Below are positions 12,457-27,400 of a stretch of 64,000 nt of DNA, one piece after another. The notes below the pieces were generated by a model. It saw only the letters and a list, made by a program, of their open reading frames with translations. It made no database searches and had not been told where the DNA came from. Origin of the DNA: Vermamoeba vermiformis (Eukaryota); NCBI GenBank assembly GCA_045837725.1, contig JBEWZL010000013.1, positions 124,001 through 188,000 of the forward strand. Reading direction: 5' to 3'. Made by a program: the position numbers and the translations under genes. Every line of letters begins with the position of its first letter. Within the stretch, counting starts at the first letter, position 1.

Positions 12457-15142
12457 ATGGATAAAGGTAGCGAGGATAGACGAATATGCGAAGAGTTTGT
12501 GCAGCTGTTAGAAAGATCGCAGCAACTCTTCGCTGGTTTACGTGATATACCTATGTTTGGGAAGCAATGGGAGCCATATTTTCAAAGAACTTTTGATATT
12601 TATACCAGAGTAAGTCTGTTTTCGGGACGAATCCATTATTTTCAAAATAATTAACTAGCATTTCAAATATTAATTATTCTGCTTAAATAGCTATGGAAGT
12701 TTCAACAGCAGCACAGGTAAATATTTGAAATAATTAATAAATAATCACTCCAAAATTACGCGTGAATGTTTATTAATAATCTTTATTCAGAGCCGTTTTA
12801 GAAAATAAAGAACGATATGGAATGGAGCGTTGGGAAATAGGAGAGATAGCCAGCAAAATAGGGCAATTATATTATCATTACTAGTAAGTAATTTTATCAT
12901 CAGGAAATATTGCGCATCCGCAATTCTTTCAGAGCGAAAATTTTGAGCATCGAGCTCGCTTATTTTTAACGAGCACTATTTTATAATATTTTCCGCCCAT
13001 TGGCCTTCGGCTATACAGGGTCCTTGAGGAAATTTCCTGTACTACCTTTCTAACGTCTGTTTTTCAGTTTGAGGACGAGCGAGACTCACTATTTAGAAGA
13101 ATCATTTGTATTTTATGAAGCTATTCGAGCCAGAGCATATTTTAAAGGAGTTTCTAAGTTATCTAAGTACGTATTTGCGCCACGACATTTTCTGTTGACT
13201 GACCCTCGCACTTAGACCTTCGATCATGGTCAAACAGCTTCGATATTTCGCGCGATTTATAGTGGTCTGTTTACTACTCGGCAGACACACTATAGTCGAC
13301 GAGTTGGTTAGCGAGCTAACTACACTGGTCGAAGAGTACATCATGCTCAAACCAAACGACGCGCAAGAGTGGCAGTTGGTCGTTCAAGAAATCACTTTGT
13401 TCTTACAAGTATGGTCATATACGCGTCAGCCAATACTAGGCACTAACCATTTTATAGGCCGATTATCCCTTGCGCATCAAGGACTCGCCGAATTTTGTTC
13501 CCTATCGAAGGTTCCCACCACAACTATTAGTACGCGACCTCTTTCGATTAATAGTGCGCATCTAACTCATTATATATAGTCTTCGCAACCTATCGCATCG
13601 CGGTTGTATTTGCAAAATGCGTTGTTGATTAGTAATCACCAGCATCAAGTCAAATTTTCAGAACTGACGTTAGATATGTTCCGTATTAATGTCAGCTTGG
13701 AGAAAGAGCTATCGACACTTGACAAAGAGGTGCGGTTTGAAATCAAATGAGTTTTTGTGTTTAGTTTCGGTACCAATAATTTTTTCTTTTTTTAGATGCT
13801 TGGCATGAATGATTTCAGACCGAATCCCAAAAAATACTTGATTTATAGACCTACAAACTCACAGCTACTCTTGCACTTGGCTTCCGCGACAAAAGAGCTC
13901 AAAGAAAATGGTGTCATGTTGTTTTATATTTCCGCCGACGGAGAAAAACCACAAATACCACCCTTGCCAATGGATCTCGCAAGTATGTGCACTTTTGTTC
14001 ATACATTTCCTTAATCGGCTTTATTTTATAATTTTACGCATTGATTTAATTTAGCCATTTTTCTCGCGAATTATTGCAAAGCTTGCGGGATTTTAATATT
14101 GGCGTTTACTGACGAACATTTTGGCAGATTCTAAGTATCTACCATACTCGCACGGAGGGTTGAAGCTGAATAGCAAGGAAGATGAGACTCGCGAGAGGTC
14201 ATCGTCGATTGGATCGAATGGTCCTTCCAATGACTCACCGCGCGGTTCACTCGGATCGGGCCCGCTAGATTTGTATTCGTCGCGAGATTGCTTATATCCA
14301 GAAGATATGATGCCGTTCCTGCGTAAGCCAATGGTGATTATTGTTGATAGCGACAACGCATCTTCGTTCTTGGTAAGTTTACGCTTCCAATCATGGATTG
14401 CCTCATAATTAACTTCCGTACTTACAAATTGAGCAGAACATCCCAAATACATTCGGAGTTCCTTTTATGGTATTGTGTTCTCCACGGGCTCAGCCTCCAG
14501 AACTTTTAGGTAAGATCGCCCACACAAATAATTTCATAAATAACACGTAAAGCTATTAATTGGATCTAACACGATGTTATACACCATATAGAGGCCTCTC
14601 AAGCCGGAAACCTGTTTACTTTCTTCTTGCACGATCCGTTATCAGCGTTTTGCTTCGTTGTAGCTAAAACAGTGTTCCCGCTTGATATTCACAAGAAGTG
14701 CACCGAGTGCATAAACAACTTATTCTTGGACTTGGCTAGTGCGCTACAATCAAGCTCAGAGTTGCGTAAGTACTTGAGATCTACTTCGAATGAAATTGAT
14801 CCGTGTTTTGCAGCGGTTAACTGCGCCAGACTCATTCAAGACGAGTTCATCCTCGTGTTCTTTATGAGGTTTTTGTTCTGCCATGCAATGTTCTCAACGA
14901 ATGTGCTGTTCTTGCCACAGGTAAATAGCCATCCAAATCCACATCCAAACAGTTCATTAATGTGTTATAAATAGCCACGTCAATATTTGCCTGCGTGCCA
15001 TCCTAAACTACCCAAGTCACTACTGCTACATCCACGAGTCGTAGCAGGTATTCAACAGTTAGCAGGCGTTCTCGGGGTCTCCGATCGGTTTAAGTACCCA
15101 GCCTCCGTTGACCTGCTTGTATCAAAAGACGATATTAAATAG
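12457..15142 (+). CDS. SCAI: SCAI (suppressor of cancer cell invasion, DUF3550) homolog
   Basis: LLERSQQLFAGLRDIPMFG..WEPYFQRTFDIYTRLWKFQQQHR..RWEIGEIASKIGQLYYHYYLRTSE..KQLRYFARFIVVCLLL..NPKKYLIYRPT..LYPEDMMPFLRKP..GNLFTFFLHDPLSAF. Confidence 0.95.
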
Positions 15143-15324
15143 TTCAAATAAATCGTGTAATATTTTAAGTTGCTAGTATTATTTTTGCTAATCTGTCGCT
15201 TTGTGGCCTCGTCCAAGTAATTCGCATCCACGCACGTGATTTTTCAATTTAAAAATGGCTATTGGATTACCGCCATTTCAGCTCTATAACGGTTAAGATA
15301 AAGTCATCTCGCAGTAATGTCACG

Positions 15325-18300
15325 ATGACTGATAGACATCTCCTATGTTATGGGTCAGATGGAGAAGAGGCCCCGTTTGAAAAAGAAGATTCGAGTAGCG
15401 ATAGTGAAGAAAAGCAACCAGATAATTTTGCAAATACTAGTTTAGATAAGAAAACACTGCAAGATGCGTTGGGCTTGCATTATACACAGCAGAATCCAAC
15501 TCCATTAATTCAAATTACTCCTGGATCATTTGGTAGGCCATTGACAATTTTATTAATTCAATAATAAGCAGACAGTACTTCATAATATTTAAATTTAACT
15601 GTATTTGTAATTTTCGTTCGAATAATATTTTATTTTCAGATTGGAACGCGGAGTTTCAAAAGTTGCTCGATCAGTCGTGGCCTGAACCAAATACGAACAA
15701 TACTCACGAAGTGTAAGTAATTTTTAATATTTAAATGTTATAAAATCGTATCTGACTGATTTTGTCGTTGCGCAGTAACAAAGAGGTGTCCCGTACCGTT
15801 CAATTACGAAAATTATGCGTTAAATTCGCCGAAGTGGCATCAAAAATTGGTGTTACTATCATCAAGTAGGTTATTATAATTGTGTTACAATTACTCTGCG
15901 CGTGTCTAACGATAAACCGTAGCGAACTTTACCTCGATCCAGCTCGCAAGACAATTCAACCAATTACAAAGCAAGTTGGAGGCATTGCAGGTATGTATAT
16001 GAATATTGTATTTATGGAGCGTTATTAATATTGATGATAAAGGTGGCGAGAAATATGTACACGAAGGAATATTTTTCAAATTATCATCGCGGGATATTCT
16101 AGGTCTTTATGGAGGTGATTCATATGCTATTAAAGCAGCTGAGGTAATAGTTAATACGATTACAACAGTTCATTGCGAAGTAACGTCTAAATTATAATAA
16201 TATTAATAGCATGAGCTGAAAGGCACTCTGGCCTATTTAGATTGTCGTATTCAAGGACTATATACGCCGTTAGTGGCTCTTATCAGGTACTATTATCAGT
16301 ATTAAATTCGAAGAAGATCAATTTGCTAAGCTCGTGTAACAGATATCGAGGACATCAACTATTAGCGTCATCTGTATTGCCTATTAGCAAATCAACATTG
16401 TGCTATGGATCAAGGTAAGTGACTAGACATATAGAACGAAGTAAGGCAAAGCTTATTTTTCAATTCTTTTAGTGATGGTGGCAGATCTATTCACGCTGAT
16501 GATAAAGAAGTTTGTTTAAAGCTCGAAGCAGCAGCAAAAATTCTAAATATTAAGGTAAGCATCAATATGCATGACAATACACAGTTTAATGTTGCCGTAT
16601 TAATACGGGAAATTCACTTTTAAAAATTATCGAATTTTTAAGTTCACCGAATCGCAATGGCAATGTCAAATAATTCTACTAAATTAATCTATGATTTACT
16701 AGGGACATTTTGTGTGGAGTAAAGCTCATGTTGCGACGTTTTTACATTCTGCAGCGGATCTAGAAGTTCATCGTGGATATGACGGGCGGATCTACGTGCT
16801 CGATACGGCACGTGTGTTTCCGCCAGTGGTGCCAACGAGGAAAAAGAAAGGAGAACATTTGTATCAGATGTTTAGACCTGAATTTGTCAAACTGAACCCT
16901 GTCCCGTTGAGTTCTGACGCGTTCTCGTGGTTTGCTGGCAACATTAACATTCCCGATGTCAAGGCCAACAACGACGTAAGTATACCATTGCATATATAAT
17001 CAATGCATATTAAACATTTTGGCTCGCTCTCTCGAAGTTTCATTGATTTTGATTTTCCTGGATCTCGACTGATGGCACGTGACTCGATTGATACTAACGT
17101 GCATGTTTAATATAGGACGTGGCTGAAGCTACGATGAGGTTAAAGACACAAACTATTCAAGCTTTCGCAGAGTATTTGGAACAACGTTACGCTCTGTTGG
17201 AAGAAGAAAACAATAAGAAAGAAGAGCAGCTGTTCGAAGACGCAGATGATTTGAGAGCTGAAATGCATTTGCGCGGCATTAACATGCGCTACTTGTTGTT
17301 CGTGTGTTCGTTTGCCAGATCTCAGAAGATCCGCAGGACACTCTTAACAGAGGCTGTAGCTCGTACTATCAAACATTTAGTTGAAGAACGGTAAGTCTCG
17401 TTTACCTCGCGATTTAAGCTATTTTATTATACTATGCTACTGTTGGATCGAGGAACTGATCTGACTGTTGCCGTGTAGGTGGCGAGCAGTGTTCTCTAGC
17501 GATGACACGCACTATTTCCGAGTCGCAGTGGAGCTGTTCAATCTCGTGTTCGGCAACACAATGGACTCAGAGCTCTGTTGGCAGACGACTGTCAAGGACG
17601 AATTGGTGTTGAGATTTGAATTAGCCCCGCATACTCCTTTGTACGTAGTATAGGGTACTCATAATACACGGCTAATATAGCACGTTTAGGGCGTACCAAT
17701 TCCAAGCTCTGGATCTGAATTTGAAAAGTTTCGTGGATCTGGCACAATTATTCTTTCGCTCTTGTGAGCTTCTTGGACTTCAATTCGAGTTGTAAGTGCT
17801 CGGAATACTATATTTTATCAGTATTAACATATTGTAATGTTAGTAGCAAAAGTATCACAGAAATGCAAGTTCTCGAGCGGTGTTCCCATCCGCAACCTTT
17901 CGACATTTTCGAAATTGTGTACGTTTCAATTTATGTTATTGCAAGACCTATATTTAATACTTCTTCATAGTTCCATCGAACCCCGCGCTAAATATTTCCA
18001 CCGCGTCGGATTTGAAGAGGGAACGGCGTTGTGTCGATTGGCGATGACCAAAACTGGTCAAGAAGCGTTTGATCTTCATGAACGGGCCAATGAGAAGTTC
18101 AAAGAGTGCCTCATATTGAAGCCTAACGATTATCGGGCGCTTTATAATTGGGCCCTAAATTTAAGCAAACAAGCGGAGATTTCATCCGGCGACCAAGCCC
18201 AAAGGTAACTTAGAAAATAACAGCTCTTTTGATGCTGTTAAGCTATTATATTTACCTTCTAAAGCAATTCAGGATTTATAAGCGTTACTTCAGTATCTTG

Positions 18301-21300
18301 GCTAAAATTTTAGCAAGGATTTCCGTTAATTAATGTGTATTTTTAGGTTATGGGCGGAAGTCGCGGACAAATACGAGAAAGTTTTAGTCTTACAGCCCAA
18401 TGATTGGCGGGCGTTATGGAAGTGGGGCAGTGGTCTCTGCATCCAGGCCAAGGCTTCGTCAGTCGGTCAAGCTTTTTCATTGTACAAATTGGCCTGCGAG
18501 AAGCTGCTACAAGCCGCGAATATTATGCCCAACTTTAAGACCCTTTACAACGCCGGAAATGCCCATCTGAATTTCGCGAAGTTGATTGGTAAGCCAAATT
18601 TAAAAATTTTTTAAACTACGAATCAACGTGTCAAATCTCGTCATACGAAATGAAATGATTTGGCAAGTGACATTTCATCCGACACTTGCGTTCGTATAGC
18701 CTTCTAAGATAGACTATAATACGAGCTATTAAATGACCTATTTATCCTATAGAGGACAACCGGCTTGAAGGCGAAAGAAACAAAGAAAGAATTCGAGAGC
18801 TGCTGCAAAATGCCGTGACATTGTTCTCTAAAGCCACGGAGATGGATCCGAAGTCCGCGGACAGCACTCGAAATCTCGCTGCCACTTACGCTAAATTCGC
18901 ACGATTGTGTACTGAATCAGCCAAACGAGGTATGTTATAATAATAATGACCTTATTTTACGGAGTTGTATTATAACGTATTGGTAGATGATTATTACACG
19001 CAATGTTGTGATTGTTACAAGCGGGCCTATGAACTCGATAAAAATAATCGAGATTTAATGGTGAGTTGTGTTCCTATTTATACTTTGCCTGACACTTTTA
19101 CCTTGTAGTTTGGCTGGGCAAATGCGCTGTTCAGACAAGCGGCTTCATGGCGCGAAGATGTGCCGCAAAGGAGCGACAAAAATATCATTGCTTTATTGCT
19201 GCAGGCGGCAGTTAAATACTCACAAGTACGTTCATTACGTTATGAATTTGCACAATACTCACCCAATATAGTCGTTGCAAACTCCTGGTCCGTTCTTCCG
19301 AGAGGCCTACATTAATTTGGGCAGCGTGCTGTTACTGGTTCTGAGGCTGAACAAACGACAGGTGGTCTCGCTGCTCGCAATGAAAGAGTATCAAAAGGAC
19401 TTTCATGATTGTGCTTCTGCTTATTTGGAAATGGAGAATAAGCACGTGTCATCGGGATCAAGTACGTGACAAAAGTCTCTCGATGTAGTAGAACTAATGC
19501 GGCATTTAGAGGATTTTCCTTACGAGGACCGCATTCTCAAGCTACTATCTGAGTGCGATGATTTGATCATTAAAAGCAAGGCCAGTCAAGTTCTCTCAGT
19601 TCTTCAACCCGCGGGAAAAAAGGTTGTGCCAATGGAACCAGTGGAAGAAGCAAAAGAACTCATCATATCACCCCGATCACCGCCTTTAAGTCTTGATAGG
19701 CAAGAGTTATCATCATTGGCAGTAGCTGTCAAACGAAGTGAGATTGATGACGCACCCAAGCCTTCCGGCTCACTCATCAGCGCGAGCTATTTGAGCCCTT
19801 TGGCGCGCAAGAAAGCTAAGCGGAAATCAAACGAAGCGATTAGAAAGGGCTCGGACTCGCCGAGCACGTTCAAAGTTACTTCACTGAGCGGCAGTCTCGG
19901 TCGTGCTACAACGCGACAGTGGCGCAGTAGATCCGTGCCTGACGCATTGCCGAACATCTTTAATTTGCCGTCTACAGGCAGTGATTCCGCTTTAGTCAAA
20001 AGTAAGTCACAAATTAGCGATATTTGACCTTAATTTAGCTATTATGAGCACTACTAACAAGGACAATTTATTGCAGGTGAGAAGGAGACGAGAGAAAAGG
20101 ATCGCGAAAAAGAATCAAAAGAAAAAGAGCCCAAAGAGAAGAAAAAGCATCGTCGATTGAGCATTAAGCGACGAGGGGTTCGGAAGAGCTCCGAAGGTTC
20201 AACGATGAAGCAGCCACGCAATCCAGTTGAAATTGATTGGGACAAGTGCGTGCTGTACAGTTACAGCCCTGAACACGCAAATCTCAATAAGATCAGTGAA
20301 AGCGATCTTAAAATAGAAAATATTATTGGTCGACATCGATACGGCATGGTAAGATCCACTTGACACTGCCATTTTTGGTAAATTCACTAAACATTCACAG
20401 ATCTTTCAAGTCAAGTGGCAAGGGAAGGAATATGTGCTTAAGACATTCCCTAAAAGCAGCGGTATATTATCTAGAGGCCTATTAGTCTTCAAAACACCCT
20501 ATTTCGTCAAGACAGAACTGATCTTCCATGACGACACCAAGATCTACTTTTTATTCGAGGCTATTAAAGGTAAATTAGCACGAAATATTAGAAAGAGATC
20601 TAATAATTCTATTTTAGGCGTAAAATTCATTCAATTCATTCAAGAAACGAGTAAAGATAAGAAACTGAAAGAAGATGTGATGATGTTCTACGCTCAAGAG
20701 CTATTCATCATATTTGAGTGCTTAGAAGATTGCGGGTTTATATGCAGGTACGTAGATGGGATTATTCGTTCAAGAGATTAAGCATTAAATATTTAAGAAT
20801 TTTCCTTTTTTAGAAGGGTCTGCTTTTCGACATTGGATCTAACTTTGAATGATTTTTTAGGGACTTTAAATCGCATAATATACTGCTACGAGACGACGGC
20901 CATTTAATATCAACAATGTTCTGGGAATCAAATACCGACAAATCGTTCTCCAATGCTGCGATCTCGTTGCTAACACCCGAAATCATCAAACGATTGCGAT
21001 CGAAGCAGCGAGCTGATTCAGCGGAGATTAAGAAACAAACTGATTATGAAGACCATGTCGCAATGTGGTGGAGCTTTGGCGTGTTTTTGTACATTTGCTT
21101 GGTGGGCAAGGTAAGAACGATTGATCCACGTTTTTTTAGGCGGGAAATATTATTATTAATATCACTGTTGCAGCATCCGTTCAAAAATGACAAAAATGAG
21201 CTGCAAGAAGAGTTAATGCAAAAGAGGAAGTTAAGCCTGCCTTCCGATCTGAGCAAGCCTTGCAGATCCTTGCTTAGAGAAGTAAGTACATCGATCTATA

Positions 21301-21751
21301 TTTTGATATTACGAGATACTAATTAAGATATAGTTGCTCGAACCTGATCCGAAAAAGCGATTGTGTTCTGCATCTGCTGTTAGGAAACACGCATTTTTCT
21401 ATGGATGTGACTGGGAAGCCGCCAAGCGGCATTCAAACAAACCACCTCTGAAACCTAAAGTCAAGGTATGCATAATACAACATTAAATATAATATTAACC
21501 GAGTTCTACATTTTACTAACTGTTTACCATAAAAGGCAATTCCATCGTACTTGACGGCGCCGATGAGCACGCAACTGGCTGCTAGCAGTGGCAGTATGAC
21601 AAATAGCGAGTCAGAGAGCTCGTTAGACTCGTCTTCCTCGACTATTAATATACAACAGCCGATCGGCATGACAATGTTCGCACCAGATGCGTCGAATTTG
21701 TTGGAAGGATTTACGGTTGTAGTCCCTTCCGATGATATAGACGATGTATAA
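15325..21751 (+). CDS. CLU-domain + TPR repeats + degenerate AGC-like kinase domain protein
   Basis: CLU motifs (DWNAEFQ, GGIAGGEKY..GIFFK, AIKAAEHELKG, YGSSDGG, DLEVHRGYDGRIYVLDTARVFPP, EMHLRGINMRYL) and TPRs (YRALYNWA, WRALWKWG). The C-terminal kinase fold reads CRDFKSHNILL..TPE..WWSFGV..LLEPDPKKRL..HAFF. Confidence 0.85.
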
Positions 21752-21869
21752 TCTTTGTACAGACTACTTTTACAAATCATACAAGTGTAAATAAACCATC
21801 GCGAAAACTAAAATTTCCAAGGAGATCCATCGAATCATAAGATCCACCAGAGAAGTAAAGCTTTGCTCT

Positions 21870-23176
21870 TTAATTAATCTCCTCGTATTCTTGCCTAAGA
21901 AAGTCGTCCTTCTTTTTCTTATTCTTTTGACATCTCTGCGCTACTCCAACAAAAGCGAATAGCAAAGCAGATGCGACCAGTAGCACTACGAATGCTACGA
22001 TATTGTCTTTCAGATGCCCAAGTGGATCAGGTTTTGAGTTATCTAGACTAGAAAGCGCTGGTTCTAAAATAAAAACATTTTCAGTTCATGGATCTACCTA
22101 AATTCCGATACGTACTCCAAGACCATTGAATGACTCCGTAATCATATTCCGACAAGTTTGCAATATTTGGCTTCGTACTAAATATGAAATATGTCGTATT
22201 TGTAGCGTTGATGGATTGTCCGGTGCTCCCTAAAGAAGTTAATTATTTGTTTGTGGATCTAGAGAAGAGTCGACAAAGCTTACACCTTCGCCCATCCAAG
22301 TGATATGTTACCACATTAGTCTTATTAACAGCATTTCTGCCCCATAATTCCATCGTGGCCGGTACACTGGTGTACCCATTTACGCGTACTTCGACCCCAG
22401 TTGTACTATTGTTGATGGAGAAATAGCCGAATGTGCGACAATCCAACAGGGGATTGCTCGGACAATTTAGTGGAAATTTTGTATTGCTCAGAATGTTGGA
22501 CAAGGGTACTAGAGATCCGATCAGCACCGGAAAATAGCTTTAAGGGATGTTACGACTTACGATAGCCTAATTCTCCATAAATGTAACCACCAGGGGCGTT
22601 AGTGCTAGCTTTGAAACGCATGTTCAGGGTTTGCCCGGTAAAATACTGTAAGTAAGATGGATCTGGTACAAAATCTAGTAATCCGTAAGAATACTGCTCA
22701 AATAAGGTAAGAATATTATATACCTTCATACGGAAACTCGCTGTAAATTCTCGTTTTATTCTGAAGCGTTACGACTGCGGGTTCATAACTGAAAGCGTGT
22801 AGTAAGATCTCTTGATGTTTATTCTGAATCTATTTAGTTGCGTTAATAATAATTAAACTCTATTATAATGAAATAATAAACAATATTTGGAAGCCTTAAA
22901 ATAATATTATATATTTCATTATTTTTTTCCTACCGGATCAAATAGTCTTAAATAGAGCTCTACTTGGGGCAAGTTGATGTAATATTCGTCGTTGATGAAT
23001 GATGCAAGGGTCACGTTTAAAGTGAAGTATGGGATGGACATCGGCAACATTGGAGTGCTTAAGAACGGATCGTCCCTGATCGGATTTGACCAGCTGAAAT
23101 ACACGGTTCTATTCACTTCGACCGCATTCGCATAGAATAATAGCGACACTATGAATTTTAACTTGTAGCAGTTCAT
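21870..23176 (-). CDS. Hypothetical type I membrane protein
   Basis: Signal-like N-terminus (MNCYKLKFIVSLLFYANA), N-glycosylation sequons, and a C-terminal TM segment IVAFVVLLVASALLFAFVGV followed by basic KNKKKK. Confidence 0.65.
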
Positions 23177-24408
23177 TCTTCGGTCATCATTAAAGTCGTT
23201 GTAGTGCTTTGGTAATAAAAAATTAATTCTGATGAACCACGCCGACGCAAGCACCACAATACCACGAACTAAATAAATTGGTAAGAATTATCCTTAGATT
23301 GTACTGGACCGAATTGAAATTTCTAGAGGCGCCTAATGATTTATTTGGCACTCAAAATATGCTGACCAATAGCGTAATAGTTTTTGCCTCCAAAAATGGA
23401 AGGCATTCCTAGTGGCAATCTGAGGCTTGCCGCGTACAATTTATTCTAATGTATATTGCCTGTTGACGCGTTTCGTCTCATTTTTGTTGACTTAATCGTA
23501 CTAGATGCGATCAGTAGCGCATCTATCAAAAACGAGCGGGAACAGTGAAGTCGACGGTATCGTCGGCAACTGCTGAATGTGCTCAAGTACGAGCAGCAGA
23601 TTAAGAGGCTCAGTGAAGACATCTTGAGCTGCAGTGGGACCAGATTACGAATCAGCTACGAAGTTAATGACGATATAAGGACAGACAGTGTCAGTGAGGT
23701 TGATTCACTTGTTGAATGCAGTAGCGGTGATGTTGCTACCTGCCTCGCAGCAGACGATTAGAGATGCATGTTGGGTGATGTCGTTTAAGATTTTTGGGTT
23801 GTCGCCGTTGCCAGCGCGGAGGTCATCGACACCATGCTGCCATGCTAGTTCTAGTTACCTTGGCTTTGTGCGGGGTTGTTCGACGGAGTAATGCGATAGA
23901 TTAGATTGTTATTGACCGATAATAAAGATGTATCGCCGAATTTGGAAATAGGTTAGTTTTGTTTAGAAATTAGTGCCAGAGGTTGCTTTGTAACATGTAT
24001 CTTCAATAATAATGCACATCTAACGAGATCTTATTTTCTTACGATAATTGGGTTGTATCCGATCCTTCGTTGGATGTTTTGCTCCTTTGTAGTTATTTTA
24101 GGGCAATTTGCCACCTTTGTGAACAAAGCAGAGCAGATGTCAAAAAAAGGCACTATAATCGCAAGAACTTTAATTTCTGCCCGCGTTCAGGATTTGCAAG
24201 TTGTTACGACCTCGCAATATTTAGAAGGAATTACTACTTTTGGATTTCCTTATTTGGACGAACTGCAGTATTAACCGCAGTATTTCCGGCAATTCGGTGT
24301 TATCCTACTTTTTTCTTACTATTGCAAGCAGATTTCTAATTCAACCGAATGTGCGCAAGATTTAATGGAATTCGAATCGAGCCAAATTTCAATTTCCTCT
24401 CTTCGAAA

Positions 24409-27400
24409 ATGAGCAAGACCACGATAACGGCCATCGTCTTTTTAGCGTCACTGCTCACCGTAGTTTATGCCACAACTACGGTCACGAACCTAGCTTCAGC
24501 GGACACCTGCATCGATCCGTACAATGGGCAAAACGCCAAAGTAACGGTGTATCCGTTGTACCACGGCACACGCATTCCTATGATGAAATTCGACTTATCT
24601 GGCATACCTGCTGATGCCTACATTATAAGCGCCCAATTGAACTTAACCTTCGAGAGTTGGGGCACGGACTGGGGGTAAGCAATTAATTAATTTAATTCAA
24701 TCCATAAATTAATGTATTATTACAGAGGTCCTCAATCGATAAAGGTGTTCGATTATACCGTTCAAGACGTATGGACTGAATTTACCGAAGATGCTACATG
24801 GGATTCATCTGGAATTACTTCTTGGGGTAAATACTCATCTAATATTAAATCCGATCGTTGCTTGTAACTAATCTTTGCATTGTTAAGCTGCACTCGGTAT
24901 GAAGGATGCCGTCGATAAGAACACCATCTTAAACCGAGTGTTTTTGTTAAACGTTTTTAACGGCCAAAACTGGACTACCGTTGAAACACGAGAAAGCGTT
25001 CAAGGTACGTGATCCCTTTGCTAAATAAGTGCACTAGATCTAACTAGTCTAATTGCAGCGAGCATTGAGAACTCCCGCAACTGGGCTGGCTTTATGTTCA
25101 CAGCGTTCCAGTTCAGCGCATACATCTTCTCGCGCGAGAGTACCAATCCACCCACTCTAACGATCACGTGGGCTCAAGGCGTGCCTCGTGCTTCATTGCG
25201 TAAGTAATCCGGTCATCTATTTTATCGATGGGACTAACTGATCCGGATCGGACAGCCGATATCATCATCAAGTCCAGCGATGAGTGGAGCGCTGGTGGTA
25301 CTGTCTCTATTCCCTGCAGCAACAGCATCATCCCGCAGGGTACTACACCTGTGTACACTTGGACTCTCGTTTCAGCCCCTCCCGGCTCATCCCACGTGGT
25401 AGGTAAAGTCATCCATTGGCCACATCTGATACACATACCAACGGCTCTGATCTACAGGCGAAACTGTTGGCAGTGACGCGACTCTCAGTCTCACCGCAGA
25501 TGTTCCTGGCTTCTATCACGTGCGATTACGCATTGCCAAGAGCGACGACGCCAACGCGTTCACTGAAGCAGACAGCTACGTACAAGTCGGCATTAAGACC
25601 GAACGACCTAGGTAAGCTATAAGGGCAGTACCAGTACTTCGATCTCCGAACTAACGCATTCATCCAGAGTTCACATCTCTAAAGACTACGTCAATACTCA
25701 CATCAAGAACGCTAACTTGACTGCGCACCCGTACGTAGTATTAATTGAACTATAATCGATGTCTATATTTACCTTATTTGTTCCAGATGGCCCAAATTGC
25801 TCGGACTAGCAGCGAACAACGGATACTGGAGCTTTGCCTACGAAGAAATTTACACGCTGTTTATGTTGTGGCAAGCGACCGGTAATCAAGCTTACTGTCA
25901 ACAGGCTTGGGACAACTCCATTAAGCCTATCCTCTTCGTCAATGGTGATCCGAATCAAGGCTACTTAACTCTTGACGCTAAATTCGGAGGTGATTCTCAC
26001 TCCGCCGCGTTCATGGGAGGCCAGTACTTGGGAAATTTCCCTGTCGCTATCGATTGGGGCTTCGATTGCTTAAGCACCTTCCAAAAGGACTCAATCGTCG
26101 AGTGGGTGCATCACGAGACCGAATACATGCTTAGCAACGGATTCTTCGAAACTTACTTGAGAAATGACGGTAAGTCGCCTTTCATGAAGCAATCTACGGA
26201 TCGATTAATAATATGCCTGTAGGTGTCATCATTCTCTCTTCAATTTCTCGAGCATTCGCTGCTCTCTATGGTTATGATAACAACGTAAATCGCTTTGCTG
26301 AGCTCTACGTCAAGGGATGGGCCAAGCGTAAGTTTAAAACCTTTTCTGACTCTGACCATGCCACTGACACTCTAACAGTTAAGCGCGCGTGGGGCAAGAC
26401 TGGCAGGGGTGGTTCTTCAGGTGAAGGCAACGGTTACGGTCACTCGACTGCCAACTACTTGATCGTGGGTGCTCATGCTATGTAAGGAATTCAATACGAC
26501 ACTGAACTGCGTGCTAATGATTGTATATTAGGTGGACTGCAACTGGCGAGGACGTGTTTGAAGAGCTCGATTTCTTTAAGCAAAAGTTGATGTTTGACGC
26601 CTTCGGTCTTTGGCCCCGAACATTCGGCAACCCCAATGATGTACGTGTGACCTTTGAGACTCTCGTAACTGCCATATATTGACCATTACTATACAGCCCT
26701 ATGGCACCGCGCCCTATGGTTATCCCATGTGGGAGATGTCGGGCATTGGTGGTGACGGTCGCCGTAGTCTCGGTTGGATCAGTATCGCCATCAGACCAGT
26801 GGGCCAAGCGCTGCTGACACGTTACAAGGACACTGAAGAGGGCAACGCATTTGCCTATCTAGTGCGTCCTGTGCCTGATGAGTGGGACATTCACGAGCTG
26901 ATCTACCCCGTTGTTCGCAATACTCCCCAAGTACCGACAAAGCTGTCACACTATGCTGAGGGCATGGGCTATGTGTACATTAGATCCGATTGGACGCCAG
27001 ACAGCACGTGGTTTGCATTCTGGGCCGGTCCTCATGTTGACTTGCACCAACATTTGGATCAAGGAGCGTTCAATATCTACAAGCGCAGAGACTTGGCGAT
27101 TAAATCCGGCAGTTACGATTCTGGTGCTGCAACTTCTGACCACAGCGTTGCATATTACACTCGTACCATCTCAGCCAATGGCATCTTGATCATCGATCCT
27201 GAAGAGCAGTTCATGTAAGTTTTGTTTGACTCATTTATGAGCAAGTTTTTAATAAGTTTATCTTACCTAGGCACTTTATCGGAGGTCGTGGTTGCATGTC
27301 AAACAATGGTTGGAACGTTGCAGTGACCCTGAACAATGGTCTTTGCCCGCCCAACGACGGAGGTCAACGCACTTGCTCGCCATTGGCCATGTCTGTTGGC

